In this document: positions 56,610 to 64,000 of the stretch, in pieces | Position numbering within the stretch: the stretch's first letter is position 1 | Layout: each line of letters begins with the position of its first letter | Source of the DNA: an uncultured Chthoniobacteraceae bacterium | Lineage (GTDB): Bacteria > Verrucomicrobiota > Verrucomicrobiia > Chthoniobacterales > DYNR01 | Direction: 5' to 3' | Assembly: GCA_964595865.1 (NCBI GenBank) | Contig: CAZQRL010000002.1 | Coordinates: forward strand, 85,605 to 149,604 | Length of the DNA stretch: 64,000 nt | Made by a program: the position numbers and the translations under genes | The notes under the pieces: model-generated | The model's database searches: none | Seen by the model: only the letters and a program-made list of their open reading frames with translations | Told to the model about the DNA's origin: nothing

Positions 56610-57692
56610 ATGATTTCGATCACCATTGACCAGCTGACGAAAAAGTTCGGGAGCAATATCGCCCTGAATGAGATTTCCTTTCGCATTGAGCCGGGGGAGC
56701 TGTTTTTTTTGCTCGGGCCGAGCGGCTGTGGGAAGACGACCTTGTTGCGCAACATCGCCGGATTTTATTTGCCGGAAGGCGGGCGGATTCTGTTCGACCA
56801 AGAGGATGTGACGCAGCTGCCGCCGCATAAGCGGAACACGGGGATGATGTTCCAGAGCTACGCGCTCTGGCCGCACATGACGGTGGCAAAAAACGTGGCT
56901 TTCGGGCTGGAGGAGCGGCGGGTCCCCAAGGCGGAAATCGCGCAGCGGGTGCAGGAGGCCCTGGAATCGGTAAAAATGGGGGCCTATGCCGAGCGCAAAA
57001 TCGCTCAGTTAAGCGGCGGGCAGCAGCAGCGAGTCGCCTTGGCGCGGGCTTTGGTCATCCGTCCGCGTTGTCTGCTCTTGGATGAGCCGCTTTCCAACCT
57101 CGATGCCAAGCTGCGCCTGGAGATGCGCTCGGAAATTCGTCGCGTGTGCAAGGAGTTTGGGCTGACGGCGATTTATGTGACGCACGATCAGAAAGAGGCG
57201 CTTTCCATCAGCGACCGGATGGCGATTCTTGAGGGTGGGAAGATCGCGCAGATTGGCAGTCCGGCTGAGGTTTATCGGCGGCCAGTGAGCCGGGTGGTGG
57301 CGGATTTCATTGGAGAAACCAATTTTCTGCGCGGCAAGGTTGTTGAGGCCGCGGGAGAACGTGTGACCGTGGAAACCGCCGAGGGGCTTTTTCACGGGGT
57401 GAAAGCGGAATCCGCGTGGACTCCCCAAGCTGGCGAGACGGTGGAACTTTCCATCCGGCCAGAGGCTTGGAAGCTGGCCCCGGCAGCGAGCACGAAGGAG
57501 CCGACCACCAACGCGGTGCAAGGGCAGATCGGAGACTCGGTGTATCTGGGTGAGGTCGCCCAACATGCCTTGCTGGGACGCGAAGTGCGGCTGAAGATAT
57601 TTCAGCTCAACCCCCTCACGGAAGGTCTTTCGCGGGAGACAAAATTCGTCGCCCGGGCGGAAGAGCGGGATGTGGTGGTCTTGCGCAAATAG
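56610..57692 (+). CDS. ABC importer ATP-binding protein (PotA/FbpC-like, with C-terminal TOBE-like domain)
   Basis: Walker A GPSGCGKTT, Q-loop, signature LSGGQQQRVALARAL and Walker B LLLDEPLSNLD. ATG 56610 (MISITIDQL) was chosen because the track ORF start lies inside the GH5 gene. Confidence 0.88.
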   Translation: MISITIDQLTKKFGSNIALNEISFRIEPGELFFLLGPSGCGKTTLLRNIAGFYLPEGGRILFDQEDVTQLPPHKRNTGMMFQSYALWPHMTVAKNVAFGLEERRVPKAEIAQRVQEALESVKMGAYAERKIAQLSGGQQQRVALARALVIRPRCLLLDEPLSNLDAKLRLEMRSEIRRVCKEFGLTAIYVTHDQKEALSISDRMAILEGGKIAQIGSPAEVYRRPVSRVVADFIGETNFLRGKVVEAAGERVTVETAEGLFHGVKAESAWTPQAGETVELSIRPEAWKLAPAASTKEPTTNAVQGQIGDSVYLGEVAQHALLGREVRLKIFQLNPLTEGLSRETKFVARAEERDVVVLRK

Positions 57693-57716
57693 CCGGTCGC
57701 TGCCGAAGTCACGCCG

Positions 57717-59363
57717 ATGAGTATGCGGATCATTCTGGTGCTGCTGGCCATGGCGGTGGTGGTGGGGATTCCTTTCCTCCTGCGGCCCAAGGACAATCTC
57801 CTCGCCAAGGCCGATGATACCTTGGTGATTCTCACGCCGCATAACGAAGCCATCCGCTACGAATTCACGCATGCTTTTCGGCGGTTTTATGAAGAACGCA
57901 CCGGGCGAACGATTCGGCTCGATTGGCGGATTGTTGGAGGCACCAGTGAAATTGCCAAGTATCTGCAATCGGAGTTCTACACGGCGTTCCAACGGGAATG
58001 GACGCAGTCCGGCCGAGAGTGGACGCCCGAGGTCGCCGGGGCTTTCGATAATGGGCGGATCCACGGGGATGGGGGCAATTTCAGTGCCGCGCAGCGGGAG
58101 GCCCGGCAGGCATTCTTGAGCTCCCATGTGACCATCGGGGTGGATCTTTTCTTTGGCGGGGGGGCTTTTGATTTCACGCAGCAGGCCCGCGCTGGACGGC
58201 TGGTGCCATCGCGAATTCTGCAGACGCATCCGGAGTGGTTCACCGAGGCTTCGATACCCCGGAAGGTTTCTGGCGAGGAATTCTACGACTTGGAGGGACG
58301 CTGGATCGGGACGTGCCTCTCGGCCTTTGGCATTGTCTGCAATGTGGACTCGCTGGAGCGGCTTGGCTTCCAGGCGCTGCCGACGGGCTGGTCCGATCTC
58401 ACCGATCCGCGTCTCTACAAACAGGTGGCCTTGGCGGATCCGACAAAGAGCGGCTCGGCGGCGAAGGCTTTTGAAATGGTCATTCAGCAGCAGATGCAAG
58501 AAAGAGTGCGGGCGACGGGTGATTGGGAAACCGGGTTGCGCGAGGGATGGCAACAAGGGCTGCAACTTATTCAGCAAGCCTCGGCCAATGCGCGCTACTT
58601 CACGGATGCAGCCTCCAAGGTGCCGATGGATGTCTCCCTCGGCGACGCAGCTATCGGAATGTGTATTGATTTTTACGGGAGATTCCAAAGCGAGGCGGTG
58701 CGGTTGGAGGATGGGACCTCGCGCTTGGTCTATTTCACACCGGTCGGAGGATCCTCGGTGGGGGTGGATCCGATCGGGCTGTTGCGCGGGGCACCGAATC
58801 GCGAGGCGGCGGAGCTTTTCATTGAATTTGTGCTTTCGCTGGAAGGTCAAAAACTCTGGGACTTCCGAGTCGGCACCCCGGGTGGCCCCACTCGCTACGC
58901 GCTGCGACGTCCGCCCATTCGCAAAGAGCTCTACACCCCGGAGTGGAATGGCTTCCGCAGCGACCCCGAAGTGGACCCCTACCGAGATGCCACCCAATTT
59001 ATCTACCACCCGGAATGGACAAGCCCCCTTTTCCGCACCATCTCGTTTTTTGTGCGGGTGGCCTGCCTGGATTCGCACGATGAGCAGGCGGCGGCATGGC
59101 GGGCCTTGATCGCAGCGGGGATGCCACCGGAAGCGCTGGCGAAGTTTTCCGATGTCAGCCGGGTGAACTACGAAGTAGCCCGGGAAAAAATCGCCCCGAT
59201 TTTGAGTTCGGCTAATCGCATTGAGGAAGTGCAGCTGGCCCGGGAGCTGGCGCAGGCCTTCCGCGAACAATACGCCGAGGCGGCGGCGATGGCCCGTGCG
59301 GCGCAGACCCGTGGCGGCAGCTTGAGCGAAGAATTTCCTGCACCCCAATCGTCCTCCCCATGA
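57717..59363 (+). CDS. ABC transporter periplasmic substrate-binding protein (family-1, iron(III)/polyamine-type), unusually long
   Basis: N-terminal anchor or signal MSMRIILVLLAMAVVVGIPFLL. The SBP_bac_1/6-like pattern is LVILTPHNEAIRYEF...DLFFGGG...ALADPTKSGSA. 548 aa versus the ~330-350 aa usual for this family. Confidence 0.75.
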   Translation: MSMRIILVLLAMAVVVGIPFLLRPKDNLLAKADDTLVILTPHNEAIRYEFTHAFRRFYEERTGRTIRLDWRIVGGTSEIAKYLQSEFYTAFQREWTQSGREWTPEVAGAFDNGRIHGDGGNFSAAQREARQAFLSSHVTIGVDLFFGGGAFDFTQQARAGRLVPSRILQTHPEWFTEASIPRKVSGEEFYDLEGRWIGTCLSAFGIVCNVDSLERLGFQALPTGWSDLTDPRLYKQVALADPTKSGSAAKAFEMVIQQQMQERVRATGDWETGLREGWQQGLQLIQQASANARYFTDAASKVPMDVSLGDAAIGMCIDFYGRFQSEAVRLEDGTSRLVYFTPVGGSSVGVDPIGLLRGAPNREAAELFIEFVLSLEGQKLWDFRVGTPGGPTRYALRRPPIRKELYTPEWNGFRSDPEVDPYRDATQFIYHPEWTSPLFRTISFFVRVACLDSHDEQAAAWRALIAAGMPPEALAKFSDVSRVNYEVAREKIAPILSSANRIEEVQLARELAQAFREQYAEAAAMARAAQTRGGSLSEEFPAPQSSSP

Positions 59364-61054
59364 GCCGCACTCTTGCTTTGTTTGTCTTCGCTCTCACGAG
59401 CGTCTTTTTCTTTTTCTTCTTCCTCTGGCCGATCGGCGAGACGCTCAAAGGCGCGTTCTTTACCAGCACCGGGGAATTCACCCTGCTCTACTTGATCGAG
59501 GTGTTTCGCAACCCGGTCTATTTGGAAGGACTCTGGAATGCACTGCTGATGGGGATCTTGAGCACGCTGCTGGCGCTGGCAATCGCCCTGCCGCTGGCGT
59601 TCCTCAGTGACCGTTTCCTCTTCCCGGGCCGACAGTTGCTGGGAGCGATGATTCTCATTCCAATGATTCTCCCGCCTTTTGTCGGAGCGATCGGGGTGAA
59701 GCAAATTCTTGGTCAGCAGGGGGCGTTGAACGCGCTGCTAGAAGCATTGGGGCTGATGGATGGGGCGTCGCCGATTGACTGGCTAGGCCAGAGCCGATTG
59801 GCCGGGGTGGTGATTCTCAACGCCTTGCATTTGTATCCGATCCTGTATCTGAACTTGGTCGCGGCATTGGCGAATGTGGATCCGGCCCTGGATGAAGCGG
59901 CGGAAAATCTGGGCTGCACCGGGCTGCGGAAATTCCGCAAAGTCACGCTGCCCCTGATCATGCCCGGGGTTTTCGCCGGTGGAACGATTGTCTTCATCTG
60001 GGCCTTCACCGAGCTCGGGGTGCCGCTCATGTTTGAATTCAATCGCGTGACCTCGGTGCAGATTTTTTACGGAATCAAGGACATCGGCGGGAATCCTTTT
60101 CCCTATGCTTTGGTAGCGGTGTTGCTGGTCTCGACGGTGATTCTCTACATCGGGAGCAAGGCGCTCTTTGGGCGCAACCACCACGCCATGATGGCCAAAG
60201 CGACGAGCCAGGGCGGGCCGCGTCCGATCGGCTGGCTTGGAGGGCTGGCATGCACGGCGTTTTTCTCGTTGGTGACGTTTGTGGCGATTCTGCCGCATTT
60301 GGGAGTGATCTTGGTGGCGTTCTCCAAGGATTGGTATGGAACCATCCTGCCGACGGGTTGGACGTTGGAGTGGTTCCAGGCGGCACTGGGGCATGATCTG
60401 GCCCTGCCCTCCATTCAGAACAGCCTCAAGTATGCATCCTTGGCGACGCTCTTGGATGTGATTTTGGGCATCGCCATCGCGTATGTGGTGGTGCGGACGA
60501 AGCTTGCCGGGCGGCAGATTCTCGATGCCATGGCGATGCTTCCGCTGGCGGTGCCTGGCCTGGTGTTGGCCTTTGGGTATCTGGCAATGACACAAGAGGG
60601 CAAACTTTTCGGCTTCATGAATCCGGCGGTGGATCCGCTGCTGATTTTGGTGATCGCCTATGCGGTGCGCCGGCTCCCCTATGTGGTGCGCTCGGCGGCG
60701 GCGGGCTTTCAGCAAACCAGCGAGACGCTGGAGGAAGCGGCACAAAACCTGGGCTGCCCACCGCTCAAGAGTCTGCGGAAAATCACCCTGCCACTCATTT
60801 CTGCCAATCTCATGGCCGGTGGGTTGCTGGCGTTTTCCTTTGCCATGCTGGAGGTATCGGATTCGCTGATTTTGGCGCAGAAGCAGGAGGATTTCCCGAT
60901 CACCAAGGCGATCTACGAGCTTTTTCAGCTGCTCGGCGCGGGACGCTTTGTGGCGAGTGCGCTCGGGGTATGGGCGATGGTTTTCCTCGGGGTGACGATT
61001 ATTGGCGCGAGTGTGATTCTGGGGAAGAAGCTGGGAGCGATCTTCCGGGTTTGA
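59360..61054 (+). CDS. ABC transporter permease, duplicated (two BPD_transp_1 modules; FbpB-like)
   Basis: 12-TM layout with two EAA-type loops (DEAAENLGCTGLRKFRKVTLPL and LEEAAQNLGCPPLKSLRKITLPL). 4-nt overlap with the SBP gene. Confidence 0.85.
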   Translation: MSRTLALFVFALTSVFFFFFFLWPIGETLKGAFFTSTGEFTLLYLIEVFRNPVYLEGLWNALLMGILSTLLALAIALPLAFLSDRFLFPGRQLLGAMILIPMILPPFVGAIGVKQILGQQGALNALLEALGLMDGASPIDWLGQSRLAGVVILNALHLYPILYLNLVAALANVDPALDEAAENLGCTGLRKFRKVTLPLIMPGVFAGGTIVFIWAFTELGVPLMFEFNRVTSVQIFYGIKDIGGNPFPYALVAVLLVSTVILYIGSKALFGRNHHAMMAKATSQGGPRPIGWLGGLACTAFFSLVTFVAILPHLGVILVAFSKDWYGTILPTGWTLEWFQAALGHDLALPSIQNSLKYASLATLLDVILGIAIAYVVVRTKLAGRQILDAMAMLPLAVPGLVLAFGYLAMTQEGKLFGFMNPAVDPLLILVIAYAVRRLPYVVRSAAAGFQQTSETLEEAAQNLGCPPLKSLRKITLPLISANLMAGGLLAFSFAMLEVSDSLILAQKQEDFPITKAIYELFQLLGAGRFVASALGVWAMVFLGVTIIGASVILGKKLGAIFRV

Positions 61055-61109
61055 GGTCTCCATGGCCTGGCTTGCCAAACGGGCCCGCCTTGGCTAGGAA
61101 CTGGGAGCA

Positions 61110-61685
61110 ATGGAATCCACGCCCTGCCCCAAACTGACCCTGGTTTTGGATGCGGAAGGGATTCAGAAAGCGATCCGGCGCATCGCCTATGAGATCATTG
61201 AGCGCCACGCCAGCCTGTCGGGGATGGTGGTGGCGGGAATTCCCACGCGGGGGGTGGAAGTAGCCCGGAGGATTATTGCTGAAGTGCGGGCGGCAGAGGG
61301 CATCGAGCTCGAGCTGGGAGTAGTGGATATTTCGATGCACCGGGATGATTTGGCCACCCGCAGCCGCCTCACGGCGGTAACCGCCACCCAACTCCCCCTC
61401 GATCTCGATGGGCGCACGGTCATCCTGGTGGACGATGTTTTTTACACCGGACGCAGCGTGCGTGCCGCACTCGACGCCATCGCTTCCTACGGCCGCCCGG
61501 GTCGGATCGAGTTGGCAGTGTTGATTGACCGGGGACATCGGGAGCTGCCGATCGCGGCGGACTACGTGGGCAAAACGGTTGTGACGCGTCCAGCGGAGAA
61601 GGTGCGAGTGCGCTTTGCCAATCTCGATGGCGAGCCGGATGCGGTGCGCGTGGCCGATTATAGTCAGCCGGAAGGAGACGGATGA
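61110..61685 (+). CDS. pyrR: Bifunctional pyrimidine regulatory protein / uracil phosphoribosyltransferase PyrR
   Basis: PRT motif VILVDDVFYTGRSVRAA and the PyrR-like N-terminus LDAEGIQKAIRRIAYEIIER. Sits upstream of pyrB. Confidence 0.88.
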   Translation: MESTPCPKLTLVLDAEGIQKAIRRIAYEIIERHASLSGMVVAGIPTRGVEVARRIIAEVRAAEGIELELGVVDISMHRDDLATRSRLTAVTATQLPLDLDGRTVILVDDVFYTGRSVRAALDAIASYGRPGRIELAVLIDRGHRELPIAADYVGKTVVTRPAEKVRVRFANLDGEPDAVRVADYSQPEGDG

Positions 61686-62617
61686 AAAGCTGGACGCGAA
61701 AAGATTTGCTGGATTTGGACCGCTTGAGCCGGGAGGAGTTGGAAATTATCCTGCAGACGGCGAAGGCCTTCAAAGGCGTGGGCGAACGCGAACTCAAAAA
61801 AGTGCCAGCTCTCCGTGGCCGCACCCTGGTGAATTTTTTTGTTGAGCCGAGCACGCGCACTCGGGTGTCCTTCGAGCTGGCAGCACTCCGCTTGAGCGCC
61901 GATGTGATCAATATGAGCGCCTCAGCCTCCAGCCTGCAAAAAGGCGAGACGCTCAAGGACACCGCGCTGAACCTGGAGTCGCTGCATGCCGATATGATCG
62001 TCCTGCGGCACAGCTCGCCGGGGGCCTGCGAATTTCTTTCCACGCGCCTGCAGGCCAGCATCATCAATGCCGGCGATGGCGCGCACGAACACCCGACGCA
62101 GGGCTTGCTGGACGTCTTCACCATGCGGGAACATCTCGGCGATTTGGCAGGGAAAAAAGTGGCGATTGTCGGAGACATTCTTTTCAGCCGGGTGGCGCGG
62201 TCGAATGTGCATGCCTTGGTCAAATTAGGAGCCGAAGTGCATCTCATCGGTCCACCGACCCTGGTGCCCAAAGCCTTTGAACGTCTCGGCACCAAAGTCT
62301 CCCACGCTTTGGACGAAATCCTCCCCGAGCTGGATGTGATCAATCTCCTGCGCATCCAACACGAGCGTCAGCGCAAGGAATACTTTCCCAGCTTGGGCGA
62401 ATACACGGCGCTCTTTGGCCTCACCGCAGCCCGGGCGGAGCGGCTCAAGCCGGAGTGCTTGATCATGCATCCGGGACCGATCAATCGCGGGGTGGAAATT
62501 GCCAGCGAGGTCGCGGACAGTTCGCGCAGCGTCATTTTGCAACAGGTCACGCACGGTCTGGCGGTGCGCATGGCGGTGCTTTATTTGTGCGGAGGTGGGA
62601 AAGGAGTGCGGGCATGA
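61682..62617 (+). CDS. pyrB: Aspartate carbamoyltransferase catalytic subunit
   Basis: FFVEPSTRTRVSFE, RHSSPGA and HPTQGLLD motifs; ATGA overlap with pyrR. Confidence 0.95.
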   Translation: MKSWTRKDLLDLDRLSREELEIILQTAKAFKGVGERELKKVPALRGRTLVNFFVEPSTRTRVSFELAALRLSADVINMSASASSLQKGETLKDTALNLESLHADMIVLRHSSPGACEFLSTRLQASIINAGDGAHEHPTQGLLDVFTMREHLGDLAGKKVAIVGDILFSRVARSNVHALVKLGAEVHLIGPPTLVPKAFERLGTKVSHALDEILPELDVINLLRIQHERQRKEYFPSLGEYTALFGLTAARAERLKPECLIMHPGPINRGVEIASEVADSSRSVILQQVTHGLAVRMAVLYLCGGGKGVRA

Positions 62618-63900
62618 AGCGGGTTGTGTGTTTGCGGGGCGGCCGGGTGATAGACCCTTCGACCGGTCGGGATGAAGTCGGAGACGTGTGGATCGGCGAT
62701 GGGAAATTTCTCCCGGGGCCACCCGAGGGGATCGCCGCCGGGGAGGTGGAAGAGATTTCCGCCACGGGACTCATCGTTGCTCCGGGGCTCGTTGATCTGC
62801 ATGTGCATTTGCGGGAACCGGGGCAGTCTCACAAAGAGACCATCGCCTCGGGAACGGCGGCAGCAGCCGCAGGAGGCTTCACCAGCGTGGTAGCCATGCC
62901 GAATACCGCCCCTCCGGCGGACAGCCCTTCGACCATCCGCTGGATTCAAGACCGTGCGCTCGAGACCGGTCGGGTGAATGTCTTTGTCACTGGCGCCATC
63001 ACCAAAGGTCTGGCCGGAGAAGAGCTGGCCCCGATCGGTTCCATGGCCCGGGCGGGCATCGTGGCCATTACGGACGATGGACACTGCGTGCAAAATCACG
63101 AAGTGATGCGCCGGGCCCTGGAATACGCCCGGATGTTTGATTTGCCTTTGCTGGACCATTGCCAGGATTACAGCCTGGTCGGGGATGGGATCATGCACGA
63201 GGGGGAATGGAGTCTGAGGCTGGGATTGCCGGGCTGGCCTCGAGCGGGCGAGGAATTGATCGTCGCGCGCAATATCCTGCTCAGCGAGCTGTGCGACGCG
63301 CCGGTGCATTGTCAGCATCTGAGTTCCGGTGGCAGCGTGCGCTTGCTGCGGGAAGCCCGCTCACGCGGGGTAAAAATTTCCGCCGAGGTCTGCCCGCATC
63401 ACCTGTGGTTCACCGATGCCAGCCTGCGGCACTTTGATTCGCGCTACAAAATGAATCCCCCCCTGCGCGAGCAGGCTGACATTGAGCAGTTGTTGGAGGG
63501 GGTGGCGGATGGAACGATTGAAATTTTTGCTAGCGACCATGCCCCGCATGCGACCTACGAAAAGGAAGTCGAGCTGGACCATGCGCCGTTCGGAATCCTG
63601 GGGCTCGAAACCGAGCTGGGAGCTTTTGCCACGCTACTGATTCATCAACGTCGCGTGCTGGACTGGCCGGGGTTGATTGCGCGCTTCACAATAAATCCAG
63701 CGCGCCTCCTGCGGCTGGATCGCGGGACGCTGCAGCCCGGCAAACCGGCCGATGTGACCATCCTCGATCCGGATCTCACCTGGACCTACGATATCGAGCA
63801 GTCCGCGTCGCTTTCACGAAATAGCCCTTTTGCCGGTGCGGAGTTTCGCGGACGGGCCGTGCGAACGCTCGTCGCTGGCGAGACCGTGTGGAGCCTGTGA
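62614..63900 (+). CDS. pyrC: Dihydroorotase
   Basis: GLVDLHVHLREPG, ITDDG and FASDHAPH metal-ligand motifs. ATG 62614 gives an ATGA overlap with pyrB. Confidence 0.92.
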   Translation: MKRVVCLRGGRVIDPSTGRDEVGDVWIGDGKFLPGPPEGIAAGEVEEISATGLIVAPGLVDLHVHLREPGQSHKETIASGTAAAAAGGFTSVVAMPNTAPPADSPSTIRWIQDRALETGRVNVFVTGAITKGLAGEELAPIGSMARAGIVAITDDGHCVQNHEVMRRALEYARMFDLPLLDHCQDYSLVGDGIMHEGEWSLRLGLPGWPRAGEELIVARNILLSELCDAPVHCQHLSSGGSVRLLREARSRGVKISAEVCPHHLWFTDASLRHFDSRYKMNPPLREQADIEQLLEGVADGTIEIFASDHAPHATYEKEVELDHAPFGILGLETELGAFATLLIHQRRVLDWPGLIARFTINPARLLRLDRGTLQPGKPADVTILDPDLTWTYDIEQSASLSRNSPFAGAEFRGRAVRTLVAGETVWSL

Positions 63901-64000
63901 TCGCCGGAGAATGGGAAAAGGGCTGTTTTCGGCTGGAGCAGCGCTGTCGCGAAACGGCCGCCCGGGTCGGAACCATACAGACCGCGCACGGGGAGTTCCC
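63897..64000 (+). CDS. tgt: Probable queuine tRNA-ribosyltransferase, N-terminal 34 codons (runs off right edge)
   Basis: A GTG overlapping the pyrC stop opens VIAGEWEKGCFRLEQRCRETAARVGTIQTAHGEFP. The pattern F-x-L...ARxGxIxTxHGxxxTP is the usual Tgt N-terminus. This is too short to be certain. Confidence 0.4.
   Translation, partial: MIAGEWEKGCFRLEQRCRETAARVGTIQTAHGEF

Noticed and set aside
57009-59348. 779-aa ORF on the minus strand
   Set aside because: It is entirely antisense to the well-supported ABC ATPase and substrate-binding genes. The translation is Arg/Pro/Gly/His-rich with no motifs. This is a typical shadow ORF of GC-rich DNA.
59402-59422. Run of six consecutive Phe codons (TTT/TTC) that looks slippery
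   Set aside because: It lies in the first predicted TM helix of the permease (LTSVFFFFFFLWP). The downstream frame stays correct and conserved, so it was treated as compositional.
59783-61078. 431-aa ORF on the minus strand
   Set aside because: It is antisense to the duplicated ABC permease. The His/Arg/Gln-rich translation has no recognisable domain.
61055-61109. Possible PyrR-binding attenuator upstream of pyrR-pyrB-pyrC
   Set aside because: No TCCAGAGAGG-like binding loop or terminator/antiterminator pair was seen. The spacer is only 55 nt, and pyrR, pyrB and pyrC overlap with no internal leaders.
1-64000. Search for CRISPR arrays, rRNA, transposases, integrases, prophage or classic defence-system genes
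   Set aside because: No spaced direct-repeat arrays, no recombinase or transposase motifs and no restriction/Cas/abortive-infection signatures were seen in any well-supported ORF. The only repeats are the 91-nt structured element and intragenic low-complexity or PATR repeats.

Overview
This is a 64-kb, high-GC, very densely coding bacterial chromosomal segment with about 57 protein genes and one tRNA. Several features point to Verrucomicrobia or the wider PVC group. These are a perfect TGTTC-N4-GAACA palindrome 10 bp upstream of lexA, the DapL (LL-DAP aminotransferase) lysine route, a PEP-CTERM protein built of autotransporter-associated beta-strand (PATR) repeats, a GspK-like pseudopilin fragment, and a kinase-like/FGE-like fusion protein. 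Most genes are housekeeping or envelope functions: tsaE, mlaEFD, gatCA, mpg, dapL, tRNA-Pro, pheA, tatA, rsmD, waaA, lexA, tsaD, galE, mrpABCDEFG, lpd, cinA, mtnP, gltS, hemB, an Hsp70, a GH5 glycosidase, an ABC importer, pyrR-pyrB-pyrC and the start of tgt. I saw no CRISPR array, rRNA, transposase, integrase or phage genes. Five places look under-described. (1) A tightly coupled operon is centred on a receiver + pseudokinase + Cys-less FGE-like membrane protein (592..5505). (2) An orphan GspF/PilC-type platform protein is translationally coupled to a CHASE4 histidine kinase and a NarL-type regulator (14923..19916). (3) A galE / polytopic-membrane::GT2 fusion / DUF2723-TPR glycosylation operon ends in tsaD (27369..35230). 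(4) A structured ~91-nt repeat brackets the compositionally atypical PEP-CTERM gene (49664..52114). (5) An unusual ~0.8-kb gap has no convincing gene (47504..48335). None of these can be proven novel from sequence alone. All family calls were made by eye from motifs in the translations, without database searches.
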